DNA of 49,997 bases from a virus (IMGVR_UViG_2737471863_000004:1-49997), one strand, 5' to 3'. Positions 9,221-18,234 are shown, counted from the stretch's first letter. Numbers and translations are program-made. The notes: generated by a model from the sequence alone, not told the origin.

Positions 9221-10423
9221 TAAGCTAGCGTACCATTCCATCATTACTTGTCGATCTTTAATATATTGCGCATGATTGTAAGTACCTCGAATAGAGTTCT
9301 TATCAACATGCGCAAGCTGCATTTCAATCCAGGCACTTTCAAACCCATGCTCATGCAAGATGGTGCTCATGGTATGCCTGAAACCGTGACCCGTTAACCG
9401 ACCGTGATAACCCAGTAGTTTTATCACTTTGTTGATGCTGGCTTCGCTCATTGGTTTCCTGACGTCATTTCGGCCAGGGAAAACGAGGCTGTAATTCCCT
9501 GTTATTTCTTGCAGCTTTTTCAGGATATTGATCGCCTGAGTTGATAACGGAACCAGATGGGGGCGGCGTTTCTTCATCCGTTCTTTGGGGATCTCCCATA
9601 AGGCATTATCTAAATCAAACTCAGCCCATTCCGCTGCACGTAGTTCAATTGTTCGCACGCCTGTTAGCATCAACAGCTGCGTGGCGTATTTGGTAACTAA
9701 ACTGCCCTGATAGTTATCCAGAGCATTAACGAACTCGGGCAACTCGCTTTCAGTCAGGAACGGGAAGTGTTGGGTTTTAGGTTTGTTGAGTGCGATAGCT
9801 AAATCGGGTGCAAAATTATACTTTGCTCTACCAGTGGCAACAGCATAACGAAGCACTTCACCACAGCGGCGGCGGATCTTACTGGTTTGCTCTAGCGCAC
9901 CTCTTTTCTCTATTTTTTGCAGGACGGTTAGCAGTTCTAATGGTTCAATCTGCTCAATTGGGCGCTGGCCGATAAAAGGAAAAATATCCTTTTCCATACA
10001 ATTGAGAACCTCTTTTGCATAACCCTCTGACCAGGTGGCTTTTTTCGATGAGTGCCATTCTCTGGCCACAGACTCAAAGCTGTTCTCATGCGCGAACTGC
10101 AAAGCAATCTTATCTGCTTTTCTGGCTTCACTTGGGTTTATCCCTTTGGCTAACATCGAACGCGCTTCATCACGTTTGGTACGTGCCTGTGCCAACGACA
10201 CATCGCCATATACGCCAAAGGAAATCATCTTAGGCTTACCTGCAAAGCGATAGCGAAAACGCCAGCCTTTACTGCCCGCTGTGTCGATCAGGAGTGATAG
10301 CCCCATACCATCGTTAAGCGTATAGGGTTTGTCCTTCGGTTTTGCTCTTTTTATTTGGATGTCAGATAGCAGCATGTGTATAGAAAAAAGATCGAACTCA
10401 GTTATACACAATGTTATACGCAA
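9200..10423 (-). CDS. Tyrosine integrase, IntS/P4 family, of the satellite
   Basis: N-terminal DKPYTLNDGMGLSL arm-binding motif and C-terminal HGFRH...RGTYNHAQY catalytic motifs; clear similarity across the length to IntS at 47596..48753. The likely true start is the internal Met at about 10375. Confidence 0.9.
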   Translation of the reverse strand: MRITLCITEFDLFSIHMLLSDIQIKRAKPKDKPYTLNDGMGLSLLIDTAGSKGWRFRYRFAGKPKMISFGVYGDVSLAQARTKRDEARSMLAKGINPSEARKADKIALQFAHENSFESVAREWHSSKKATWSEGYAKEVLNCMEKDIFPFIGQRPIEQIEPLELLTVLQKIEKRGALEQTSKIRRRCGEVLRYAVATGRAKYNFAPDLAIALNKPKTQHFPFLTESELPEFVNALDNYQGSLVTKYATQLLMLTGVRTIELRAAEWAEFDLDNALWEIPKERMKKRRPHLVPLSTQAINILKKLQEITGNYSLVFPGRNDVRKPMSEASINKVIKLLGYHGRLTGHGFRHTMSTILHEHGFESAWIEMQLAHVDKNSIRGTYNHAQYIKDRQVMMEWYASLLNTTCY

Positions 10424-10534
10424 AGATGTATAGATTCCATTAGAAATAATGGTACTTTGCTGGACGAGTATAAGGAGATGATATCAGTTAAAACAGTGAG
10501 TTATGGAATTAATTGGACTTAGTGAGAAGTGTTC

Positions 10535-10550
10535 ATGGTGTCCCCTGCAG
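10535..10550. repeat. att core copy (ATGGTGTCCCCTGCAG) at the junction between the two elements
   Basis: Exact 16-bp identity to 48914..48929, the 3' end of argW plus 1 nt. It lies between torI and the satellite integrase. Confidence 0.7.
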
Positions 10551-10623
10551 ACATCTACTTGAGGCGGCAGGGGATTGATTGGAATGGTGTTTTTTAGATG
10601 TGAAAAATATTTTACCCGCTATT

Positions 10624-10824
10624 TTACCCATTGGCGCGGCTTAAGAGCTTATTTTTGAATTCACAATGGTCACGATATAACCATCTTGCTCGTCCGTGGA
10701 TAACTTTGGCTTTAGGCAGGTCGCCGGACTTAATCCGGTCATAGATGAAGGTCTTACCGAAGCCAGTATCAGCCATGATGAATTTCAAATCAACCAGTGA
10801 ATCAGGTTGTAGTTCGTGTTGCAT
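10624..10824 (-). CDS. torI: TorI-type excisionase (recombination directionality factor)
   Basis: 66 aa, MQHELQPDSLVDLKFIMADTGFGKTFIYDRIKSGDLPKAKVIHGRARW..., matching the E. coli KplE1 TorI as I recall it; located next to the att core. Confidence 0.8.
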   Translation of the reverse strand: MQHELQPDSLVDLKFIMADTGFGKTFIYDRIKSGDLPKAKVIHGRARWLYRDHCEFKNKLLSRANG

Positions 10825-10843
10825 GAGTGCTATCTCCGAATAT

Positions 10844-10859
10844 GGAATCGAACCTGCAA
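10844..10859. repeat. 16-bp argW-derived fragment (GGAATCGAACCTGCAA), not a functional tRNA
   Basis: Identical to argW 48929..48944 (T-arm region), but the flanks do not fold into a tRNA; separated from the att core by the torI gene. Confidence 0.5.
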
Positions 10860-10946
10860 ATCAGGCAATAAAAAGCCGCATTGATGCAGCAATGGTAGGT
10901 CTGGATATCTTGAGAAATGAACAGGCCTCATCGAGTGTGAGGCGGG

Positions 10947-11291
10947 TTAGTCCTTGCGTAGCTCGCTGATTCTTCTGTAAGTCTCTGGTGCTTTGTTCCC
11001 GTACGCCTTCATTTCAGACTTCAACAGAGCAACGAGTGAATCCCATTCGTTGAGGATTCCTTTGAATGCCGGAACGCGCTTTGCAACCTTGTCGAATGAA
11101 TCTCTGATTTCTGGAATCTGCTCAACAAGTGCAACGCATCGTCGGAAATCGGCTGCGTCATGTGGAGCGCCGAAGTGATGACCATAGATATTCTTTTTCA
11201 GTCCACATGCGATTGAGGCAAGAGTTGCGCTACTGATGCCAACATCGCCAGTCGATTGCCATTTCAAAACCTTCATAGCCAAATCTGACAT
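10947..11291 (-). CDS. Hypothetical early-left protein, 114 aa
   Basis: ORF co-oriented with the leftward early operon. Confidence 0.5.
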   Translation of the reverse strand: MSDLAMKVLKWQSTGDVGISSATLASIACGLKKNIYGHHFGAPHDAADFRRCVALVEQIPEIRDSFDKVAKRVPAFKGILNEWDSLVALLKSEMKAYGNKAPETYRRISELRKD

Positions 11292-11311
11292 TTCTTGTCT
11301 CCATAAAACAA

Positions 11312-11365
11312 AACTCGCCGTAGCGAGTTCAGATAAAAGAAAACCCGCACTCGGCGGGTTCGCAT
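11312..11365 (-). terminator. Two tandem intrinsic terminators on the minus strand
   Basis: Minus-strand hairpins CCCGCCGAGTGCGGG followed by TTTTCTTTT, and CTCGCTACGGCGAG followed by TTTTGTTTT. Confidence 0.5.
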
Positions 11366-11380
11366 TCGTTCAAATTGCGT

Positions 11381-11662
11381 TTACTTCTTGGCGTTCTGTT
11401 CATCCATATCGATATACCATGGGTTGCTTCCCTTGGGCAGGTTTAACGACTGCTCGCGATAGTATCTGACGCGCTCCATGAAATACTCGCGTGAGTGCTC
11501 AGGTTGCTCTCGTGCTACCTGCTCAGTGATAACAGGTATGTTAAGGCGCTCTCTGTACGCCACGCCTGATGCTGCAAGGTCAACGTTTACCTTGTTCTGT
11601 TTTTCTTTCGATTGCTCGGCGATGTTATGCCTGGCATTGTCAACCCGCCTCCTTCTGAACAT
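11381..11662 (-). CDS. Hypothetical early-left protein, 93 aa
   Basis: ORF in the leftward operon. Confidence 0.45.
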   Translation of the reverse strand: MFRRRRVDNARHNIAEQSKEKQNKVNVDLAASGVAYRERLNIPVITEQVAREQPEHSREYFMERVRYYREQSLNLPKGSNPWYIDMDEQNAKK

Positions 11663-12005
11663 AACGGTTATAAATCAGTCCCTGAGGGCCATAAGGAAGA
11701 GGGATGTGCTACTCCTCTGGTTCAGAAACTATCCATTCCCCGGCCATCTCCGCTGGAGAGGTAATGATAAGTTGTTTGCTAATAAAAGGACCACTCCTCT
11801 CAACAACAAGCTTACCATCTTCATTAATAAAAGCGTGGATGTCAGGTGTACTTCCACACTTGGTGATGCAGCGTTTGAACATTTTTTGTCTCCCCATTTT
11901 ATGGACGGGGTCATTATAACACATTGAAATATAGTAATATTTGACGTAGATTCCTTTTGGTCTATGAGCGATTTTTTTATGCCTTTAAGTTATAAAAGCT
12001 TGTTT

Positions 12006-12594
12006 TCATCCCCCATCTTGCTGCGGTGCTACTATTGAAAAGTGCTCACACCCTTTAGCCCAAATAGTTTTGATAGTTGTCCAACTGACTGGAACCTTGA
12101 TTTCGATTCTCCCGCTGCAGTCACAAGTTTCGCAATCATCATCACCAAAACATTCCGGGCAGTTAGTGAATACTGTTTCTGAAAACTCACCAGAAAGTGC
12201 ACCTTTAGCGCCGTTCTCAATAGTTAGTCTCTTCGGCACCATGACCCAACCATCCGGAGTTACCGGAGAGTTGCCCGACAGCTCGTTCAACTTGTAAGTT
12301 TGGCTTACAGGTTCGGCTTCCAGTTCTGCTATGCGCTTTTTTGCTGCTTCCAGCTCAACACGCAGCCTCCCAACCGTTAGTGCAATATCCTCGTTCTCCT
12401 GGTCGCGGTGTTTGATGTATTGCTGGTTTCTTTCCCGTTCATCCAGAAGCGCCAGCACAATGTGTGGCGTTATCAGGGACTCAAATTCGGCAACAGCTTG
12501 CTCGCCTCGCTTGTAATTCTTAATCCCACCTAAATCTTTCGCGTTCTGCGCCGCCTCACGCAGTGCCTGATAGACAATCTCGCTCACTGGCTGC
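12006..12594 (-). CDS. Hypothetical protein with coiled-coil and Cys-rich C-terminus (CPECFGDDDCETCDC)
   Basis: Probable GTG start with GGAGG RBS, internal to track ORF 12006..12743. Confidence 0.45.
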
Positions 12595-12888
12595 CTCCTT
12601 TGCTGGGCTTTCGAACTTCTGAGTGGTTGTATCAAACTCAAGCAACTTAACCACGTCATCAAACAGGACGTAAGCACCATCAGAATCTTCTGCCATATCA
12701 GCGCCACAATCCTGACCGCACGAGTCACAACCATCCATATCAAGCTCGTATCGCTTCAGGTTTGCGATATTTGATAAATTCAGCGCCAGTACAGCCAGGT
12801 CATAAACCTCTTCGGCAGTGACATCGCTGTTCAGTCCCATTTCATGGCGATATATGATTTTTCCTACTCGTTGTTTTGTGATTGTCAT
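12556..12888 (-). CDS. Hypothetical early-left protein, 110 aa
   Basis: ORF in the leftward operon; no motif recognised. Confidence 0.45.
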   Translation of the reverse strand: MTITKQRVGKIIYRHEMGLNSDVTAEEVYDLAVLALNLSNIANLKRYELDMDGCDSCGQDCGADMAEDSDGAYVLFDDVVKLLEFDTTTQKFESPAKEAASERDCLSGTA

Positions 12889-13364
12889 TTTTGCTCACCT
12901 CCCTGTTCTTCCAGAAAAATACGCATAGCCTCAAGCATCTCTTTGGTGTCATACGGTGACAACTTGTCACGCAGGATGTATTCAATGCTGTTAATGAACT
13001 TGCGGATTGCTTTGCGTTCAATTTCAGCCAGGAAAGCATCGGTGGCTGGGGTGTCTGATTGCAGAGACTTTGCGCGATAGTCATTCCACCCTCTTGCATA
13101 CATGGGATTAACTAGCACTCCATCTTTTACGCAATATGCCTGCCCTCCACGGTTGATAAACTTGATTTCGTCCATAGCGCCAGACTTCAGCCCCGCATTC
13201 TCCGCTGCCAGCGCCGCGCACTTGGCCTCTGCTTCAGCAAATTTACGCACCAGATATTCAGCGTTTGTTTCGTTAACCTTTAAATCACATGGGATGCATT
13301 TACCTTTCAGAAAACCATCCATCTCAATTAGTGACATTTGTTTCATTTCTTCCCACTCCGCCAC
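12885..13364 (-). CDS. Hypothetical early-left protein, 159 aa
   Basis: ORF whose start overlaps the upstream stop. Confidence 0.5.
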   Translation of the reverse strand: MAEWEEMKQMSLIEMDGFLKGKCIPCDLKVNETNAEYLVRKFAEAEAKCAALAAENAGLKSGAMDEIKFINRGGQAYCVKDGVLVNPMYARGWNDYRAKSLQSDTPATDAFLAEIERKAIRKFINSIEYILRDKLSPYDTKEMLEAMRIFLEEQGGEQK

Positions 13365-13517
13365 ATCGCATTCAGATATTTGTTTTGATTCACTGATGGA
13401 AAAGAATTTCTCTTAAGCAATTCCTCTCTCGATGGCATTGGCTTTACGTGTTGGCGAATAATCATTTCTGCCGGAAGAATGCCGGGATTGTATGCAAGTC
13501 CTCTCATGGTAAATTCC

Positions 13518-13811
13518 TCAGTCATTACTGATAGCGCCATAGCGTGAGCGGTAATTACGCAGGCGTGGGTCAATTTCTGGGAAGTTGGTATATGTGGCTT
13601 TGCGGAATGGTCGGATTGATGTCTGGTAAATTCGCTCGCGTTCTTCTTTCTCTGCAAGCCATATACAATGACGAAATTCCTTTTCCTCTTTCGTTTCCTG
13701 AGGTAGCGACATTATCCAGTCGTAGTTTTTCCTGAATTTATCCAGCACCTCCGATACGGAATTGCCGGAACAGCGGCGTGGGTCATCCGCACCATACAGA
13801 GGCGCTGGCAT
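13518..13811 (-). CDS. Hypothetical early-left protein, 97 aa
   Basis: ORF with charged, protein-like composition; overlaps an alternative small ORF 13343..13657 in another frame. Confidence 0.4.
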   Translation of the reverse strand: MPAPLYGADDPRRCSGNSVSEVLDKFRKNYDWIMSLPQETKEEKEFRHCIWLAEKEERERIYQTSIRPFRKATYTNFPEIDPRLRNYRSRYGAISND

Positions 13812-13834
13812 AATGGAATCCTTATGTTGCTACT

Positions 13835-14218
13835 TTAGAAGGGAATTGAATCGTCGTATTCAGGATGATTTTGATGATTGCTACTTTGCTGCTGTTGGCT
13901 GTTTCCTGAAGTTGCAAATCCAATCTTTGCATTCAGTAATTCAAGAGTGATTGATTGACCATTTTGCCCCTGATAAACATCAACCCTGATGTTTTCTCCG
14001 GTAATTTCTACAATGCCTCCTTCAACCAGAACGCTACGGTAGTAATCCGCTTGCGCTCCCGGCTTGGCAAATACAACGGCGCTGTAGTTTGTCCATTCTT
14101 TCTTTTTTGTCTGGCGATCGTAATACTGAACGCCAGCACGGATGTTGAATCCGATATTTTCCCCGGCCTGAAACTCTCTTGCGGGCTTGTTTAGTCTTAC
14201 AGTAATCGAATGCGCCAT
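13835..14218 (-). CDS. Phage SSB-like single-stranded DNA-binding protein
   Basis: About 127 aa from internal Met MAHSITV; acidic C-terminal tip EYDDSIPF resembles the SSB tail; TAATG stop/start overlap with erf. Confidence 0.55.
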   Translation of the reverse strand: MAHSITVRLNKPAREFQAGENIGFNIRAGVQYYDRQTKKKEWTNYSAVVFAKPGAQADYYRSVLVEGGIVEITGENIRVDVYQGQNGQSITLELLNAKIGFATSGNSQQQQSSNHQNHPEYDDSIPF

Positions 14219-14832
14219 TAAGCAGCCGCTCCTTCTAATTCGTCTCGTCTGATGTTGTAAACGTCCTGCGCTTTGTGCTGCTCCGGTGTGCCTTCGAGCA
14301 TCTTCCACGCTTTGGCGAACGCCTGTTTAAGCTCTTCCACGGTGTTTTTCTGCAATGCTGCGTCAGTGAATGCTTTTAGAACCTGTTCAGGTGTAGGTGA
14401 TGGTTTTGATGGTTTTGATTGCTTTGCTGCTGCGTTCTGCTGATGTTTATGCTCGTCTGTATCTGCATCTTTCGCATCATCTATTCCGAACAAACCATTA
14501 AGGCAATACTTGCGCGCATAAGAGCTTGTAGCTCCCGTAACTTGTGCAGAATCCATTCCTTTCTTGCTTTCTTCCTCTCTTGCGAGAGCGGTTGCCGTAT
14601 GGCTGTTTTCGCCATCGGTAATAGTTGCCGTGGCTTTCACGTAATACCGATCACCAATCAACACAACTTCATCGCTGATTGATAAAAACAGGCCATTCAG
14701 TAACGGCTTAACACCCTCAAGAATGTCTTCGCAGCTTCTGTATTTATATTTGCCGAATGAGTTGTATTGATTCTTTGGCGCGTTCAGATTCTCCTGAATA
14801 GCTGCCAGTCTTGCATAAAATTCTTTGCTCAT
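14218..14832 (-). CDS. erf: Erf single-strand annealing recombinase (P22 Erf-like)
   Basis: MSKEFYARLAAIQENLNAPKNQYNSFGKYKYRSCEDILEGVKPLL... matches P22 Erf as I recall it. Confidence 0.8.
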   Translation of the reverse strand: MSKEFYARLAAIQENLNAPKNQYNSFGKYKYRSCEDILEGVKPLLNGLFLSISDEVVLIGDRYYVKATATITDGENSHTATALAREEESKKGMDSAQVTGATSSYARKYCLNGLFGIDDAKDADTDEHKHQQNAAAKQSKPSKPSPTPEQVLKAFTDAALQKNTVEELKQAFAKAWKMLEGTPEQHKAQDVYNIRRDELEGAAA

Positions 14833-14933
14833 ATGTTTGTTCTCAGAATGGACATTCCCCAAGGAAATAACGCTGATTTAATACTTCGACTCGGGACAAA
14901 TTAAGGCATACCCGCATTCCTTCGCGGTCGCCA

Positions 14934-15122
14934 TTATGGCGATACCAGAGAGCTTTCTGCGTGTACATGCGTCTCTGTAACTTGCTCTCCTTCACTGTGG
15001 TTGCAAGTGACATGAATATCTCCTTCGTTACCGATTAATTCTTTCATATGACGAATGAATTCTTCGTCTGACCAGTTATCTGTAAAACTCATGGACGGCC
15101 TTGTTGTTTCAAAATATCCCAA
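14934..15122 (-). CDS. Small hypothetical early-left protein
   Basis: ORF only. Confidence 0.35.
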   Translation of the reverse strand: MGYFETTRPSMSFTDNWSDEEFIRHMKELIGNEGDIHVTCNHSEGEQVTETHVHAESSLVSP

Positions 15123-15364
15123 AGCTTTTCGAGCAAGCTTTTCATTCTTGGTTGTTTAAAGTCTGCTCCGGTTAAAATATTTTTTCGTGAATGCTGTACC
15201 GATAAAATCGGGTTGAAAGGGCGAACCGATGCCGCCCCTGCAATAGCGAACTGTTGCATAGGATGCTCCTTCTGTTTGATTGCATAACGAAAACGCCTCG
15301 AGTGAAGCGTTATTGGTATGCATATAAAAAGGCCCTCACACTGGAGGGCAAAGAAGATTTCCAA
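15089..15364 (-). CDS. Small hypothetical early-left protein (likely shorter, from internal Met MQQFAIAG)
   Basis: ORF only. Confidence 0.35.
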   Translation of the reverse strand: MEIFFALQCEGLFICIPITLHSRRFRYAIKQKEHPMQQFAIAGAASVRPFNPILSVQHSRKNILTGADFKQPRMKSLLEKLWDILKQQGRP

Positions 15365-15444
15365 TAATCAGAACAAGTCGGCTCCTGTTTAGTTACGAGC
15401 GACATTGCTCCGTGTATTCACTCGTTGGAATGAATACACAGTGC

Positions 15445-15645
15445 TTATTCGCGAGCTTTGAGCATTGCGTCTGCAAACTTATATGCAGCGCTTGCTGCAT
15501 AATTAACAGCTCCATCAGAATCATTATCGATAATCGATGGATTGCTAATCATTGCTTGCATAGCCTTTGCCGCGAAGTAATCACGTAATGTCGCATCACT
15601 TGCCATTTCTGGGCGTTTGATATCTGCTTCGTAAAACTCGCACAT
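15445..15645 (-). CDS. Small hypothetical early-left protein, 66 aa
   Basis: ORF; stop adjacent to the next gene's start. Confidence 0.4.
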   Translation of the reverse strand: MCEFYEADIKRPEMASDATLRDYFAAKAMQAMISNPSIIDNDSDGAVNYAASAAYKFADAMLKARE

Positions 15646-15965
15646 TACTCACCTCCCAGAGCCTTGATGATTGCTGCAAAACCTTTATTAACAGCTCCAT
15701 ACCATTCTGGATATGTTGTCGTTGTTCTATTTTTGGATTGCTTAAGTAATAACTGAAGTGCTTCGAGAAGGTCAGGTGCTGCCGCTATTAGATTGGCATC
15801 TTCAATGCATTGAACTTCCTCACAGATTGCAATATACGAACGCCAGCCTGCGCCATTTTCAAGAGAGTCTGCCTGGATGATTTTAATCTCATCGCCATCC
15901 ATCATTATTTCCCACTTACCTTCAGTACCTTTAAATTCCATGTTAGCCTCTGTTGTTTGTGCCAA
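15645..15965 (-). CDS. Hypothetical early-left protein, 106 aa
   Basis: ORF only. Confidence 0.45.
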   Translation of the reverse strand: MAQTTEANMEFKGTEGKWEIMMDGDEIKIIQADSLENGAGWRSYIAICEEVQCIEDANLIAAAPDLLEALQLLLKQSKNRTTTTYPEWYGAVNKGFAAIIKALGGE

Positions 15966-15978
15966 AAATAAAGGCCGA

Positions 15979-16302
15979 CTATGCGGCCTTATCTACATTT
16001 CTGAACCAAACGCAGATCGGACCGTCTTCTGTATCGTGAATCGAACCGACAAACCATCCTTCTCCATCTGGCATGCTTGGCTCCCATCCACTGATGTTTG
16101 GATTCCCATCTTCAAAATACGCGTCAATTACCGTTTGATTGTTGTCGTTTTCCATTTCAACAATTGATGATTCAATGCCATGCTGCTTGCAGAAAGATCT
16201 GAACTCATCAACTGAAATTACCTCTCTATCCCCAAACAGGTTGGCGTATTCTGGGTGCGTCCAGTAGCCATCCTCGCTTCGCTCTACTACTAATGCTTCC
16301 AT
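15979..16302 (-). CDS. Hypothetical early-left protein, 107 aa, acidic
   Basis: ORF only. Confidence 0.45.
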   Translation of the reverse strand: MEALVVERSEDGYWTHPEYANLFGDREVISVDEFRSFCKQHGIESSIVEMENDNNQTVIDAYFEDGNPNISGWEPSMPDGEGWFVGSIHDTEDGPICVWFRNVDKAA

Positions 16303-16310
16303 ATCTCACC

Positions 16311-16637
16311 TCAAATAAGTGGTTTGCTGCCTAATTTCATTTTCTGGCGACCAACACAAGTCACACCCATTTCACTGCGTGGCTTGCTGTACCATGTGCG
16401 CTGATTCTTGCGCTCAATACGTTGCAGGTTGCTTTCAATCTGTTCGTGGTATTCAGCCAGCACCGTAAGGTCTATCGGATTCAGTGCGCTTTCTACTCGT
16501 GATTTCGGTTTGCGATTCAGCGAGAGAATAGGGCGGTTAACTGGTTTTGCGCTTACCCCAACCAACAGGGGATTTGCTGCTTTCCATTGAGCCTGTTTCT
16601 CTGCGCGACGTTCGCGGCGGCGTGTTTGTGCATCCAT
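16311..16637 (-). CDS. N: Antitermination protein N (lambda N-like)
   Basis: From the internal Met: MDAQTRRRERRAEKQAQWKAANPLLVGVSAKPVNRPILSLNRKPKSR... is near-identical to lambda N as recalled (includes the arginine-rich motif). Confidence 0.9.
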   Translation of the reverse strand: MDAQTRRRERRAEKQAQWKAANPLLVGVSAKPVNRPILSLNRKPKSRVESALNPIDLTVLAEYHEQIESNLQRIERKNQRTWYSKPRSEMGVTCVGRQKMKLGSKPLI

Positions 16638-16904
16638 CTGGATTCTCCTGTCAGTTAGCTTTGGTGGTGTGGTGGCTGGTAGTCTAGCTCCAGCTTGTTG
16701 AGTCTCATTCGGAGGGGTATAACCGGCACCCCAGTGATTTTCCATGCGACAACGTGCGCGTTATGGCGGCCTTATCGCCCGCGGCTCCCCATCTCGTCCA
16801 CGCTATTGCTAGCGTTGGGAGCGCTTCACCGCTCAACAGTAGGTAAGCACTTGCCAGTGACTAGCTGGCTTCACCACACCCCAAAGCCTTCTGCTTTGAA
16901 TGCT

Positions 16905-16935
16905 GCCCTTCTTCAGGGCTAAATTTTTAAGAGCC
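16905..16935 (-). promoter_or_regulatory. nutL (boxB hairpin GCCCTGAAGAAGGGC with boxA-like GGCTCTTAA) on the minus strand
   Basis: Reverse complement of the plus-strand sequence matches the lambda nutL boxB exactly and boxA with one mismatch. Confidence 0.65.
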
Positions 16936-17065
16936 TCACCTTCATGGTGGTTAGTGCGTCCTGCTGATGGCTAAATAGTACGATTTGTACTTTATCGAGT
17001 CAATACAAAATGTTCTAAATATAATTAGTTTTTTATAACGCTTTGTATTTAATGGGTTTATATTT
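16936..17065 (-). promoter_or_regulatory. Probable pL/oL region
   Basis: AT-rich interval between the cI terminator and nutL, containing the inverted repeat AGTACGATTTGTACT. Positional inference only. Confidence 0.35.
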
Positions 17066-17099
17066 TGGAAAAAGAAAACCCGACGCTAAGGTCGGGTTA
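17066..17099 (-). terminator. Intrinsic terminator downstream of cI
   Basis: Minus-strand hairpin AACCCGACC-loop-GTCGGGTT followed by TTTTCTTTTT. Confidence 0.5.
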
Positions 17100-17128
17100 T
17101 TGTTGTGTGTTTTAGAGTTGTGAGGCTG

Positions 17129-17788
17129 TTAACTAAATGTCTCTTCAGGCCACTGGCTGGCGATAACTTTCCCTACTACGGAGCAGCTATCATTGCATGG
17201 AATCATTGGATATTGCGGGTTTAGTGGCTGTAGGAACACCTGACCGCTATCCCTGATCAGTTTCTTGAAGGTAAACTCGTCACCACCAAGTCTGGCTATG
17301 CAGAAATCACCTGGCTCAACAGCCTGCTCGGGGTCAACGAGAATTAACATCCCGTCAGGAAAGCTTGGCTTCGATCCTGTTGGCGCGGTCATGGAATTAC
17401 CTTCAACTTCAAGCCAAAACGCACAATCACTGGCTTTTTTGGTTGTGCTGACCCATCTCTCCGCATCACCTTTGGTAAAGGTTCTAAGCTCAGGCGAGAA
17501 CATCCCGGCCTGAACATGAGAAAAAACAGGGTACTCATATTGTTTTTTAACGGGGGCAGATGAGTATTCGCCAACAGGTGAAAATGTACCGTCGTGGTTG
17601 AATGAGACGTTATCAATACCAAGGTATTTAAACACCACACCAATCTCGTCAAGAGATGGATGACGAGATCCGCGCAACCAGTGACCAATTCCACCCTGCG
17701 TCATACCAAGCTCTTCAGCTAACTTCTCTTGAGTTATGCCGAGCTCTTTCATTCTGGATCTAGCCAGTTCATACCATTTCATTTTCAT
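17129..17788 (-). CDS. cI: CI-type repressor with lambda-like C-terminal domain and a different N-terminal HTH domain
   Basis: C-terminal about 130 aa ([33 protein letters not shown]...[14 protein letters not shown]) near-identical to lambda cI as recalled; the N-terminal 90 aa is not lambda-like. Start taken at the internal Met MKMKWYEL. Confidence 0.9.
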   Translation of the reverse strand: MKMKWYELARSRMKELGITQEKLAEELGMTQGGIGHWLRGSRHPSLDEIGVVFKYLGIDNVSFNHDGTFSPVGEYSSAPVKKQYEYPVFSHVQAGMFSPELRTFTKGDAERWVSTTKKASDCAFWLEVEGNSMTAPTGSKPSFPDGMLILVDPEQAVEPGDFCIARLGGDEFTFKKLIRDSGQVFLQPLNPQYPMIPCNDSCSVVGKVIASQWPEETFS

Positions 17789-17830
17789 ACCCTTATTATT
17801 ACGCTCTGTACTAAACCCATCCATGCACAA

Positions 17831-17899
17831 GATGTATTTTTTGCTTGCATTCTAAAAGTACATATCGTATTATTGTTTCATGGTTACTATGGAGGGCAT
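17831..17899. promoter_or_regulatory. Divergent cI/cro control region (oR, pR, pRM analogue)
   Basis: Candidate pR TTGCAT-N17-TATTAT upstream of cro; operators not defined. Confidence 0.4.
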
Positions 17900-18115
17900 A
17901 TGAGCAACCTACGAAAATATCGAGAGTCACTGAATATCTCTCAAACAACACTTGCTAAGGCAGTTGGATGCACACAGGGAGCTATCGGACATTGGGAATC
18001 TGGTCGTCGCTTCCCAGACCTTAAAACATGCCGTGCTCTTGTTGAGTGCCTAAACAAGTTAGGCGCAAAAGTCAGTCTTGATGACGTGTTCCCGCCGGAA
18101 CACAAAGCCGCTTAA
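17900..18115 (+). CDS. cro: Cro-like HTH repressor
   Basis: 71 aa from ATG at 17900 with GGAGGG RBS; HTH motif QTTLAKAVGCTQGAIGHWESGRR. Confidence 0.75.
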   Translation: MSNLRKYRESLNISQTTLAKAVGCTQGAIGHWESGRRFPDLKTCRALVECLNKLGAKVSLDDVFPPEHKAA

Positions 18116-18123
18116 GACATTCC

Positions 18124-18155
18124 CGCTCTTACACATCCCAGCCCTGAAAAAGGGC
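18124..18155 (+). promoter_or_regulatory. nutR (boxA CGCTCTTAC, boxB GCCCTGAAAAAGGGC)
   Basis: Matches the lambda nutR sequence as recalled; followed by a tR1-like region before cII. Confidence 0.65.
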
Positions 18156-18234
18156 ATCAAATTAAACCACACCTATGGTGTATGCATTTATTTGCATACA
18201 TTCAATCAATTGTTATCTAAGGAAATACTTACAT

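Larger units (their letters stand above)
1..10534. mobile_element. P4-like satellite / phage-inducible island, partial (continues past the left window edge), inserted in tandem at the argW-derived att site
   Basis: Co-oriented AlpA, immunity-RNA-like repeats, alpha-type primase-helicase, iterons and Ogr/Delta zinc finger, followed by AT-rich cargo and an IntS-family integrase whose 5' end lies about 110 bp from an att core copy at 10535..10550. The far boundary is not in the window. Confidence 0.65.

Noticed and set aside
10825-10925. Possible second tRNA gene around the GGAATCGAACCTGCAA fragment
   Set aside because: Neither strand folds into a cloverleaf (no complementary T-stem or acceptor stem); only a 16-bp fragment of argW is present.
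16695-16922. 75-aa plus-strand ORF between N and cI
   Set aside because: Overlaps the nutL boxA/boxB sequence and the N leader; no RBS.
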